Made by a program: the position numbers and the translations under genes. The notes under the pieces were generated by a model. The model was given only the letters and a program-made list of their open reading frames with translations, was not told the origin of the DNA and ran no database searches. 64,000 bases of DNA from Diplonema japonicum. Its lineage: Eukaryota; Protista; Euglenozoa: Diplonemea. Below are positions 40,881 through 52,817 of the stretch, one piece after another; positions within the stretch are counted from its first letter, which is position 1; each line of letters begins with the position of its first letter. The stretch spans positions 796,771 to 860,770 of the forward strand of contig OZ025655.1 in assembly GCA_964019335.1 (NCBI GenBank), read 5' to 3'.

Positions 40881-41873
40881 CTCAGGGGACTCTTGGGACC
40901 AAAAAATTTCTTTGTGTTTTTTGTGTCACAAAGGCCCAAATTTAGGCTGGGGCTTGCATTTTTTTGGCACTTTTGGTTTCAAAGGTTCAAAAAAAGAGGT
41001 CCTAGGTTTGGGTGGGATCTGAGGCAAGGCTCACACTACCTTGTTGTGACTATGTAAAAAAAAAAAAAAAAAATTAAAAAAAAAATTAAAAAAATTTCAG
41101 GGGGTTTGGAGACCTGCTTTGAAAAAAATATTAAAAAGAGGCCTTTGTAAGAAAAGTACAATGCAAAAGAAAAAAAAAAAGTAAAAAAAGGGATGGGCAG
41201 TGTTGGTCAGTCCCGTCCTGTCCCCTAAAACGGAATACGGGCCTGGATGGGACTCACGGGACTCCATGGGACGGGACTCAACGGGACTCATGGGACTCAC
41301 AGGACTCTCCCCAACACTGTCATTATTTTTGATAGTTTTGCAACTTTTTTTTTTTTTTTTTTTTTTTCCAAAGGAAAAATGGGGGAAAAAAAAAGAGAAA
41401 AAAATCCTTGATTTTTTTTGACATACATGATGTGTTTACCTTTTCTTTTTTTTTTCCTTCTTTTTTTCTTGTCTTCTCACATTTTTTCGCACACCTAAAC
41501 CAAGCTGTTGTTTCTGCTTTCCACATCAAATGTTGTATTTGGATAGGCTTCTTCTACGTTCTGCATCGTTTCCTTAATCACCGTGACCGGGATGTAGCTT
41601 CTTCTGCATTCCACATCATGCCCTTAATCACTGCAGCCAGGTTGTAACTTCTTGCATTCCGTGTCATTTCCTTAACCACCACGGCCGGGTTGTAGCTTCT
41701 TCTGCATTCTGCGTCGTGTCCTTAATCACCATGGCCGAGTTGTAGCTTTTTGTGTTCCGTGTCATTTCCATAATCACAATGGCTGGACGGCCGGGTTGTA
41801 GCTTCTTCTGCGTTCTGTGTCGTGTCCTTAATGTGTGTGGTGTTCAGCTCAACCCCAGCCAGGGCACCCCAGG

Positions 41874-42132
41874 CAGTGTTGGTCCAGACCCTTGAGGGAC
41901 TCAGGGGACTCCAAGGGACAGGACAGGAGTCCCCTGAAATTTTCAGGGGTCTGGAGGGGACTCAGGGGACTCTTGGGACCAAAAAATTTCTTTGTGTTTT
42001 TTGTGTCACAAAGGCCCAAATTTAGGCTGGGGCTTGCATTTTTTTGGTACTTTTGGTTTCAAAGGTTCAAAAAAAGAGGTCCTAGGTTTGGGTGGGATGT
42101 GAGGCAAGGCTCATACTACCTTGTTGTGACTA

Positions 42133-42169
<37 letters not shown>

Positions 42170-42472
42170 AAAAAAATGTCAGGGGGTTTGGAGACCTGCT
42201 TTGAAAAAAATATTAAAAAGAGGCCTTTGTAAGAAAAGTACAATGCAAAAAAAAAAAAAAAAAAAAAGTAAAAAAAGGGTTGGATGGGCAATGTTGGCCA
42301 GACTGGTGGTCTGAGGTCTGGCCCACAAACCACCCCAACACTGCAAATTTTCGACACACATGATGTATGCAACACAGGGTGCACAACACAGCACGTGTTT
42401 TATAACATGTACCACTATGCTGCACAGGGAAAAGCAGGTGTCACAATGTGCACCTCCTGGTGCACAATATAC

Positions 42473-42503
<31 letters not shown>

Positions 42504-43621
42504 GAAGAAAAAAAAATTTTTATCTTCTTTTTCAGGTGGTGGGGATAACATGAAAATATAAGAAAAACATCAGATGTGTTGTTCGCTGTTGACCTCCTCA
42601 TCTGTCATCACTGAGCAAACCACACAAGCACAGAATCTTGGTTACCTGGGGTGCCCTGGCTGGGGTTGAGCTGAACACCACACACATTAAGGACACGACA
42701 CAGAACGCAGAAGAAGCTACAACCCGGCCGTCCAGCCATCGTGATTATGGAAATGACACGGAACACAAAAAGCTACAACTCGGCCACGGTGATTAAGGAC
42801 ACGACGCAGAATGCAGAAGAAGCTACAACCCGGCCGTGGTGGTTAAGGAAATGACACGGAATGCAAGAAGTTACAACCTGGCCAGTGATGGGTGAATCCT
42901 AATTAGGACTAGACCGGACTGGACCGGACCGGACCGGATCCAGCGTGAATTTCGACCCAATTATGCTGGACTGACCGGACTGACCAGACTGGACCGGACC
43001 GGACTGGACCAGACCGGACTGGACTGGACTGAACCGGACCGGACAAGATACAACCACAACACCCTTTTTTTTTTTGCTGCAGAGTTCAAACGTATAAACA
43101 GATGTCTACAAGAAAAGATGTTACACAGGTACTGAGAGACGACAACAACAACAACAACGAGAAACGAAGAAAGAAAAAAAAAAAAACTTTTATCTTCTTT
43201 TTCAGGTGGTGGGGATAACATGAAAATATAAGAAAAACATCAGATGTGTTCGCTGTTGACCTCCTCATCTGTCATCACCGAGCAAACCGCATGAGTGCAG
43301 AATCTTGGTTTCCTGGGGCACCCTGGCTAGGGTTGAGCTGAACACCGCACACATTAAGGACACGACACGGAACGCAGAAGAAGCTGTGGTGTACCCCCTG
43401 TAATCAAGTAGTCTTGTGCAGGTCCTTTAACTCATATATCTCTCACCACGGCCGGGTTGTAGCTTCTTCTGCATTCCACGTCGATCACCACAGCCGGGTT
43501 ACATCCAAATACAACATTTCCGGACATATGTACATACCTGCAGCTGCAGTGCACTGGAGTAGATAGGTGCAAATTGCTTGATGGAGCTGTGCATGTCTGT
43601 GGTACAAAGAAGAAGGAGAAG

Positions 43622-43653
<32 letters not shown>

Positions 43654-44539
43654 AAAAAAAAAATCATTGTCCAAAAATATTTGAAAAAAAAGTGTTTGCA
43701 GGTGTGTCAAAAATTGCAGAAAATTTTCGAGTCCGGTCAGTCCGGTCAGTCCGGCCGATCCGGTCAGTCTGGTCAGTCCGGTAAATTGGGTACACCGGAC
43801 CGGACCGGATTCACCCATCACTGACCTGGCTGCAGTGATTAAGGGCACGATGTGGAACGCAGAAGAAGCTACATCCCGGCCGCGGTGATTAAGGAAACGA
43901 TGCAGAACGCTGAAGAAGCTACAACTCGGCTGCGGTGCGCCCCCCTGTAATCAAGTAGACAGTTCTTGTGCAGGGTGCTGCCAACACCAGCCTCCTTTAA
44001 CTCATATATTTATCTCCTATATATTATTTTCAGGTGGGGGGGGGGACAACATGAAAATATGTGCAACAAACAGGCAGTGCGATGCAGGGGTTGAGCTGTA
44101 CATCGCACGCATTAGAGGCACGGCGCTGAAAGCAAGGAACCGATCTGTTTACACAGGTTGTATAAACATACACACCCTCCTCTTATACATATTATTTATT
44201 ATTTCCCCCCTTTTCTATTACATCCAAATACAACATTTGATGTGGAAAGCAGAAACAACAGCTTGGCTTAGGTGTGTGAAAAAATGTGAGAAGACAAGAA
44301 AAAAAGAAGGAAAAAAAAAAAAAAAAGGTAAACACATCATGTATGTCAAAAAAAATCAAGGATTTTTTTCTCTTTTTTTTTTCCCCATTTTTTTTTTTTT
44401 TTCCAAAGGGAAAAAAAAAAAAAAAAAAAAAAAAAGTTGCAAAACTATCAAAAATAATGACAGTGTTGGGGAGAGTCCCGTGAGTCCCGTCCAGGCCCAT
44501 ATTCCGTTTTAGGGGACGGGACGGGACTGACCAACACTG
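41874..44539. mobile_element. Non-autonomous TIR DNA transposon, family B (contains family A copy 2)
   Basis: TIR CAGTGTTGGTC / GACCAACACTG; 7-bp TSD CCCCAGG at 41867-41873 and 44540-44546; empty site present as the reverse complement at about 42631-42660. Further partial B copies start at 38709 (same orientation) and 41198 (inverted). Confidence 0.85.
42883..43823. mobile_element. Non-autonomous TIR DNA transposon, family A copy 2 (internally shorter)
   Basis: Same TIRs; 7-bp TSD ACCTGGC at 42876-42882 and 43824-43830; empty site present as the reverse complement at about 41631-41650. Confidence 0.9.
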
Positions 44540-44749
44540 CCCCAGGTAACCAAGATTCTGCGCTTGTGTGGTTTGCTCAGTGATGACAGATGAGGAGGTC
44601 AACAGTGAACAACACATCTGATGTTTTTCTTATATTTTCATGTTATCCCCACCACCTGAAAGAAGATAAAAGTTTTTTTTTTTTTTTTCTTTTTTTTTTT
44701 TTGTTTTACCAATAGTCAGCACCCCCATGCACACTGAAATTTTATTGTT

Positions 44750-44754
44750 TTTTT

Positions 44755-44796
<42 letters not shown>

Positions 44797-45409
44797 GCAA
44801 ATAACAATGGACCCACCCGTGCGAAACTAGGGGGAAGAAACTAAAGGGAGGAGGATATCGGGGTGCACGGCGGAGTGAACAAGGGACGGGAAAGGCTTTT
44901 TTTATTTACTTTCGTTCTTTCTCGTTCACTGGGAACCAAGGAGAGGTAGGGGGGGAAAAAGGTGAAAAGAAGTTCAAGAAAGTTGGGGGGGGTGGGAGGG
45001 CTATCGAAACTTGAGAGGAAGAGATGGAGGAGGGAAAAAGAATTAATTAATTTTTTTTTTTTTTTTAAAACCTAGAACCCATATCAAACAATCTTTTTCA
45101 TTTTCTTTCTTTTAAACTTTTAAACTAGGAAGATTAAAAATTTTAAGATAGAAAGAAAAATAAGAAAAAGAAACAACATAAAAAAAAAAAAAAAAAAAAA
45201 AAATTAATTAATTAAAAATAAAACTAAAAATAAAAATAAAACACAATTTAAGACTAAAACTAAAATTAAAAATAAAAATAAAAATAAGCTCGATGATTTA
45301 AAGGAAGCTGGTTGGGGCACCCTTTGACTAAAATAAATAAAAATAAAAGTAAAAATAGAGAGGGAGAAGAGAAGCAGACAATCAATTGCTTTCTTCTCTT
45401 TCTTTTTAT

Positions 45410-45443
<34 letters not shown>

Positions 45444-45498
45444 CCCCTTCCCTAAAGAACGTTTTGACCAAAACATTGTTAAGGGAAAACAAGGACTA

Positions 45499-45529
<31 letters not shown>

Positions 45530-48500
45530 TAAAATGCATGTATGGGGGAGCGCTTTAACGAAAGCATACTAACCCTGTTTCTCTCCCTCTCTTCTTTCTC
45601 TCTTTCTTTTTCTTTTTCTTTTTTTTTTTTTTTTTTTTTTTTTCTCCTTTGTAGTTTTCCCTATTTAACTATCCCTCTCAATTATACTCGCTGTCATCAA
45701 CCCCCTCCATCTGAAGGGGGATGGGGCTTCGGGGGGTCGCGCTTTGGGAGCCCCCCTCCGAAGATGATGGTGACAACCTCCCGACATAGGTGTCCATCTC
45801 CTCCTGCGCCTCCACCCCACGCGCAGGGGCGAGCTGTTTCCTGGACTTTTGGACCTCCACCGACTTCCCTTGTCCGTCCGGGGTTCCCACCATCGTCCCC
45901 TCGCTCCCCTCCCTCTGCCTCTTGTTTGCCCCTTCCTCCTGTTTCACCCGCCTCATCCCCGCCGCGAAATCCCTGTGTCTTTTCCGCGCCTCCAAGACCC
46001 TCTGGTACTCCGCCACGGGGACCACTTCCCCACCCTCCTCTTGCACCTTCACCAGGTGCAGGTTCCCTTCGGTGCCGTTCGCCATGTTGCTCGCGACTAT
46101 CCTCCACCTGAACACCTCGGGATCCACGTCGGGCTGGGTATTGAGAGTGTAGCTCACCCCCTCTTCCGCCCCCGTGGGGAAGATAGTCACCCTCCTGCCT
46201 CCAGGCCGGACCTCCTGTGCTTGCTCTATCCTCGCCACAAGGTCGTACAGCCTCCCCTCTCCCCCGTCCGACGTGGTGCACTCGTCGCGCAGCAGCTGGG
46301 AGTACTCTTCGCTCTCCTCCCCGCTGCACTCCTCCATCACTTGTTTCACCCTCTGGAGCCACTCCTGTGCGTCGAACTGGGTCTCCCCTTCCGCGACCAC
46401 ATCCCTGTGGTGCGTGGCGACGACGATGTACGGCTCCTTCGGGTCACGCAACTCCATCTCCGGAAGAATGGCTTGGCTTCCCTGTGCGTCCTCGGCTTCG
46501 ACCCCGTCGGCTGTGTGTGTTTGGATTGTGCCTGTCGTGGTCTCTGCCTGCTGGTCCTTCCCCTCGGTGCGCTGGTTAGCTGTTTGATTGTTTTCTGTGC
46601 CATCCACCGCCCCCTGGTTCCGGGCCCCTCCTTCCTCTCCGCTCCTCACAGGGCCAGCTTTTGTGTTTTGGATTGTGCCGCTCCCTGTCTCCTCCTCTCC
46701 CATCTCCGCGTCCACCCGCTCTGCCGCTGCTTTTGCTGCCGCTGACGCTGCTGCTACCACCGCCGCGGCCGCCAGGTTTGCGGTCCTCCTCTCTGCCTCC
46801 TCCTGGAACTTGTTCTCCGCCGCCTTCGCCGCGGCCAGAGCAGCCATCCCTGTCAGGTAGAACGCCGCCTCAGCTACCTCCTCCATTCCTGTAGCCGCAG
46901 CTTCCCGTTCCATCGCCTCCTGATCCTCCCGCTCCCTCCTCTCCTCCTGGGAGTGCTGCTCCGCTTCCGAGTCCAGTTCCATCTTCTCCACCAGAACCTT
47001 CCCCTTCCTAATGGCCGCCCTCGCCACGCCCTTGACCACGGCCGCCGACACTGCGGCCTTCATGTCGTTGAAGACCTCCACCCTGTGTCGTCGCGTCCTC
47101 TTCGCTGCTTCAGATGCCACCTCCTTCAAGAACCCCCTGGCCTGCCCTGCCAGACCCCCAAACGTTTCCACCGCAAAAGGGCGGAACTGCTTGTGAGCCT
47201 CCTTGCACGCTTCCATGTGCTCCTTGTTCGCAGCGTAGCCAGCAGTTTTTGAGGCCTGTTCCAGGTTGCCCACCGTCCGAGGGTGCACCACTGTCACATC
47301 CACCGCCAGCCCGTGGCCGTTTCCTTGTATCCCGCTCGGGAGGAGGATGTCCGCTGGCTTTGCCGATGAGCCAGCCATGATGTGCTTCTCCTCCCTGACC
47401 ACATCTATTGCCCCCTCCCTGCACTGGTCATACAGGACGTCCCTCACCCCGTTGTGGCGGTGTTGCGTGGTCCCTCCGTTCTTGCAGCACTGCGCGTGGT
47501 CTCCTCGGGCGTCCATTTCCTCCCCGCAGTTCAAGCACTGTGTGCCCTCTTGGTATAGAGGCGCCCCGAGCCACCACCTCGTCGCCACCTTGAACTCCTC
47601 ATCGTTCATCAGATTGCCATGGGTGAGGGGCCACCAGCCATGCCCCGGCTCCTTGCATCGCCGTCCCGCGGATCCTGGCCTTGTCTTCCTTCCCTGCCTC
47701 CCCCAGGAGGCCTTGCCATGCGCTGTCCTCGAGAATGAGGGACAGGAGCCTCTGCTGAGCTGCCTTCGGGTAGTCCTTCAAGAGCCCCACGCTCATCAGG
47801 GCCGCCTCGCCCGGGACCTTCTCGTTCAGCCACCTGCAGTGCTCCTCCCAGTCTGCCGCGGAATCCCAGTCGTACATGGGGTCGATCTCCTGGGGGATGT
47901 TCCGCGTCGCCACCAGGGATGCGATGTTCGCCACTCTCAGGTGCCCCTGGCAGCTCCTCAGGCCCAGCCCTCCCCTCCTTACTGCTAGGCTTGCTTGTTT
48001 CCACTGGTGCCCCTCCAGCTCCCCTCCCGCCAGGCACCCCATCGTCGATCTGACCAACTCGTCGAACCTCTGCATGGCGTCCCCAACATGGGTCTCAGGG
48101 ATGGTCCGCATGAAGTGCACCATCTTGCCGAAAGACTGGCAGCTGCGAAGGAGGGTGTACCCCGACTGTGCCCGCATCTTCGACTGCATCCGGAAGGTCT
48201 CCGCCAGCCTGTCGATCTTCCTGTGGGGGAAGGCGGTCGTGTACTCCGGTGTGCCGATCGGTGCCCCTAGCAGCTCGAAGTTGCCGGCGCGGGACACTTT
48301 GTCCTTTCTGAAGCCCTTGAAGCCCCACTCGGCTGGGTCGTTGGGCTTCTCCCCGCGTACCCAGATGAGTTCGCATTTCGCCGGCTTCACTGACAGGTGA
48401 ACATCTGCGCTCAACTCCGTCAGGATGTCCACCGCCTTCCTCACTTGCTCCACCTCGCCCGCGAAGACCCCATCGTCCAGGTAAAACTGACAGATGTCCA

Positions 48501-51500
48501 AGTCCGTCTGTTCCTTGACCTTTTCAATGATGGGTTGGAGGGCGAGGGAGAAGAAGAGGGGTCCCAGAGGATCCCCTTGCTGCACACCCTCCTTCGACTG
48601 CAGGACCTTCCCATCCCTGTACAGCAGGTTCGTGGGATTCTTGTAACAAAGTTGCGCCCATTTTTCCGCCCCAGCAGCCTTCGCCCTCACTTGTCGCAAG
48701 ATCCCGTGCCTGCTCATAGAATTGAAGGCGTTCGTGTAGTCCACCTTCACGATTACCCTGTTTCCCTCTCCCTGTTCCCTCTCCCTCTTCACGTATTGCC
48801 TAAAGGTGTGCACAGCCGCTTCCATGCCCGCCGGCACCGCCACCCCCAGTTGACCACCTTTCCTCAAGTACTCCGTGGCAACTGCAGGGGCTATTTTCAT
48901 GACCGCGATTGGGTGAACTCCCTTGTCCGGCTTCTTCAGCGGAGTAAGTGGACCGCCTGCTAGGAACGGGACGACGTCACTCGGGACCCCCCCCTGGACC
49001 ATCACATTGCACGTCCTTGTCAGCGACTCTGTGATCCCTTTCGCCTTCGCCCTGCCCTCCACAGCTGCCCGGAGATGTTCCACGCTGAGGCCCGAAGGGC
49101 CCGCCGACTTCCCCTTGCCCAGGTCCTGCAGGGTGCGGACACACCCCAGGGGTGTAAGCACTTCCGCCTCTTCCGGCCCCCCCAGGTCCAGCAGGCTCGG
49201 GTCATGCATTGGTCTCGGGTGTAGCGCCTCGAGTTTCCTCTCTGTGTCCTTGTTGTCGTCCGCTAGCCCTACCGCCGTCAAGGCCGCATTCGCCTGGGAG
49301 AATCTCATCTCCCTGGTCAGCGTCTCCGCTCTGCTCAGGCGTGTCTCCTCCGTCGGCTCCTTCGGAGGTTCATACTTAGGCTTCGGCAGGTCCTCCCACA
49401 GCTCCTTGTGTTCTCCCCTCAGCCACTGTGCGAGCTTGTTCTTGTTGTTCTTCTCGTTGGTCTTCCTCCTATCCTTCCCACCCTTGCGCTTCGAGAGGCA
49501 CACCTTGGGGAGCATCATGAGCATGACCCAGGACTCGTAGGTCTTCTCTTCCACTACCCTGTCCATGCATTGTTTGGGTGCCACACTCCAGTCCCTCCTC
49601 AGGCTGTCTGGGGCCCACTTCAGCACCCTTACTTTTGCCGACATCACTTCATCCAGGGAGGGGGGCTCCGACCTGTGCGGCGCCGCGCATCTCTCGGTGG
49701 GGGCGAACTCTCCCATCTCCTTCAGGCACTCCTCGTGCGCACCCTTCTCCGTGCTCGCCAGTCTCCCACAGACACACGGGCGCAGGCCTATGCCCCGCAG
49801 ATCCGCCTGTGATACCTCCGACTCCATCAGGTGATCGTTCAGGTGCTCCGTCAGGGTCGCGAACGACATGAAGGCCCTCCCCTTCATCCTTAGCGACCTC
49901 TCGCACCCATACACGGGGCAGTACAGGTCTGTCTTTGACTTCAACGGGGCGGCTTCCTCCGCTCTTCCGACCCCCGGGTCCACTCTTTTCTCTACTGGAT
50001 CCGATACCTTCATGAAGTCTTCGCTAGGTGCCGCTGCGGGTTGCACCCCTGGCGCCTGTGACCTCACGCTGTAGGCCCACCCTCTCATCCTTTCCATCTG
50101 TTGTGTGTCTGCCTCCACCGGGTCATAGTGCTCGCCGTTGAAGCCCATGATGATGTGCGACCCTGCCGTCCCCAGGTCCACACCCTCTGCCGCTATCTCC
50201 AGCACCGACCACTCGCCTCCCACCACCACTAGGATAGGCCCCTGCCAAAGATCCGAGGCCGCCACCAGACATACGTGGTCTCCCCACGACTTGTCCTTGC
50301 TCATCTCCCTGATGTATTCCTCCAGGCCCTGGCTGCCCTCCTCCATGAAAGGCGAGTACTTCCCAGCCTCGGCCCGCATGTGCTCCATCACTTCTGCCCT
50401 CACCTCTGCGTGCCTCTGTTCATCTCGGTGGAGGAAGTGGGCGATGGCTCGGAACATACAGTTCCCGTCTCCTGCCACTGGGACCAGTCTCGCGCCCGTG
50501 AACGATATGAGTGCATCCATTGTTGCTCTTCCGTCACCCTGGGGGCCTGGCTTGGCCTGCTGGGGCTTCTTCTTCTTCGACTTGGTTTTCCCGGCACCCG
50601 CCTGGTTCGAGCATTCCGGACACTTTTTGCTGCTAGCCGCGCATATTCCCGGGCAGCTCTTGCATATTCCAAAACCCATCTCCACTACCTGCTCCGCCGT
50701 GATGCCGTCTTGCTTCCGCCAGTGACCAGCGACATGGTACCGGAGTCCCCCCTTGGTCTTTGCCTTGAAGTTGCAGCTTTTGCACTCGAATGCTGCCCCT
50801 CCTCTCAAGGCACTCCCTGGGAGGGCGACACTGCGTCTCGAGCATGGGGGGGGCTCGGCGGTTGCTTTCAGCCCCTGGTGGAAGGGGAGGGGAAGGGACT
50901 GGGGAAACGGAGGAGGAGGGGGTAGTGGAGACGAGGGGGGGAAGTGAGGGTTAGAAGAGCTCCTGCCCCCAGCCTTGAATGAAGGTCTGCCAGGCCTTCT
51001 ACCCACCCACCTTCTCCTCGTTCTCCTCGTGGGGCGCGACCCTTCCCCTTGTGCACTTGAGTGGCCACCAAGGTCTGGGGCAGGGGCGAGGGTGACAAGG
51101 CAGCATAGAAGGTGGAACAGAATGGGGGGGGCAACCCTCCACCCACCGCTCTCCACTTCCCTTTCCGCCTGCCTTTCCTCCAACCTCCTGCGCCTCGTTC
51201 TTGCTTCCCTCCTGCCTGCGTTCTTCGCTTCCCTTCTTGCTCTCTTCCTCTCCTGCCTCCCTGCCTCTTCCCTGTCGGCCTCTGCTTCCCTGGCCGCCTG
51301 CCTCCTCCGCCTCCTCGCCTCCAGAGCAGCCTCCGTCCTCCTCCTCTTCCTCTCCTTCTTCTTCGGGGCTGCCTCCTTCTTCCTCCCAGTTCGCACACCC
51401 CTGCGCCTTTCCCTGGGTGGGTTCCACCGGGTCGCCCTGCCAGCCGTTTTCACCGTGTTTCCTCCCACTATTCCTTGGAGTGGGGGCAGGGCGTGCGTGG

Positions 51501-52410
51501 ACGGTGGGCGCGGTCCCTCTTGGGGTCTCCCCAAAGTCCTGAGGTAGACCTTATTCCCCATATGCACGTCTACATAGGGGGGAAGGGGTGCCTTCGCTGG
51601 GGCAGGTGCGGGTCGGGTGTGTGGCCTAGGGGCAGGGTCCCGGTGGCTCTCAGGGGGGATGGGTATGTCTCCTACAGGGGGTGGGGGTGGAGTTATTAGT
51701 GGGGGGGGGCTGGTGGGGGGCTGCACATGAGTGGGCTTGTCCTTTTCGGGGGAGGAGGGTGGGTTTGGTAGTGGGGGGGGTTGGTGGGGGGCTGTACAGG
51801 GGTAGGGAGGGGGCTGGTCTCACGCGGGTCCTCCGGATGGCAGGGGGTTGGGTCGGGGACACATCTGAGGGTGACGGAGACCCTCCGGCCCTCCATCGCT
51901 CCTGCCGGGATGGTGTGTGTCCACCCGTGCCTCGCTTCCCCCTCCAGCACCGCCCACGACCTGGGGGGGACGTGGAAGCGTGCTTCCTTCCCACCCTTTT
52001 GGAACACCATTTTCGTTGGTGTTCCGAACGAGAGGATCAGCATGATCCCCCCCAGCACCCGGTCGTCGGTGTGCTCTGCGATCCCCACCCCAGGCTGGTA
52101 GCTATTAACCAGCACCTGGTTGGGGACCCCCTCCAGCCCCGCCTCCTCCCACGCCCTCTTCACCCAGGGCACAACCCCCTCGGGGATGCCCCTGGTGGGC
52201 CTCACCACCCCCCTCTTCCTCCACTCCCAACCCCACTGCTGCACCCTTCGACCGGTGCCACAGTGGACGAGCTCCTCTCCCTCTTGGGTGAGGAGCTCCA
52301 CCGGGAGCTGGGGGGGGAACGGCCCTGTCCGCATTCCCCCCGGCCTTTCCCCCTTCTCGAGCCACCAGGGGGCGCCCTTCCTGCCGTCCTTCCTTTCCCC
52401 GTTTTTTCCC

Positions 52411-52443
<33 letters not shown>

Positions 52444-52560
52444 AAATGAAAAGAGAGAAAAGAGAAGAAAGAAGTTTTCTAAGTTTATTTCTTGTGGATT
52501 TCTATGTAGAAACAAATAACAACAAAAACAAAAACAACAACAAAAAAAAAGAAAAGAAAA
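44750..52560 (-). mobile_element. CRE/SLACS-clade non-LTR retrotransposon, element 1 (AlkB-OTU-RT-RLE), degenerate; outer boundaries approximate
   Basis: GC-rich coding body at 45678-52412. RT GVQQGDPLGPLFFS...YLDD; CCHC knuckle CLNC...HAQC; RHN..RD, KPADI, AVDVTV, FRPFAVETFGG RLE motifs; A-rich 3' flank on the minus strand. Confidence 0.85.
45678..52412 (-). pseudogene. Element 1 polyprotein broken into three ORFs (51696-52412 AlkB; 47599-51726 ZnF-OTU-RT; 45678-47609 RLE + tail)
   Basis: Frame changes fall in homopolymer runs (about 51700-51725 and G4 at 47627-47630). An in-frame loss of about 13 aa in the RT (PIAV^MKIA vs PIAVGESLRRLVGKAILDK in element 2) lies at about 48900. Confidence 0.75.
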
Positions 52561-52621
52561 AGGAAAATACAGGGGTTTCTAGGTGACTTTTTTTTTTTTT
52601 TCAGATGAACACAAACAACAA

Positions 52622-52676
52622 AACCAACGATTCTAAAGCTACAGTTTCTGTACTTTATTGTTTCTGTACTTTATTG
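52622..52676 (+). other. Complete 39-nt spliced-leader exon copy (52622-52660) plus 16-nt SL relic (52661-52676)
   Basis: AACCAACGATTCTAAAGCTACAGTTTCTGTACTTTATTG + TTTCTGTACTTTATTG. The 3' half CAGTTTCTGTACTTTATTG is the conserved kinetoplastid/diplonemid SL end, and the AACCAACG start is diplonemid-type. Not followed by GTATG, so not an SL RNA gene. Confidence 0.92.
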
Positions 52677-52817
52677 GTCGTCTGTGTTTTTGTTGGTGCC
52701 TGCTGCGTCCGCTCGGTGTCCGTTCGTCGTCGTCTGGGGGGGTTGTTTCGGCCCGGCCTGCCTGCCGTTTAGCAAAGGATCCCCTCCCCCCTCAACACAA
52801 AAAAAAAAAAAATAAAA

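Noticed and set aside
41540-43930. CRISPR-like array from the ~45-nt GGGTTGTAGCTTCTTCTGCATTC repeats
   Set aside because: These are degenerate minisatellite units inside transposons, with no unique spacers, no cas genes and a eukaryotic context.
37315-45539. Many short ORFs rich in poly-F/poly-K, and the RVCGFAGL ORFs at the window end
   Set aside because: Translations of homopolymer runs and simple repeats.
52622-52760. Functional SL RNA gene
   Set aside because: The exon is not followed by the GTATG donor/intron or a nearby T-tract terminator, and there is no tandem SL array.
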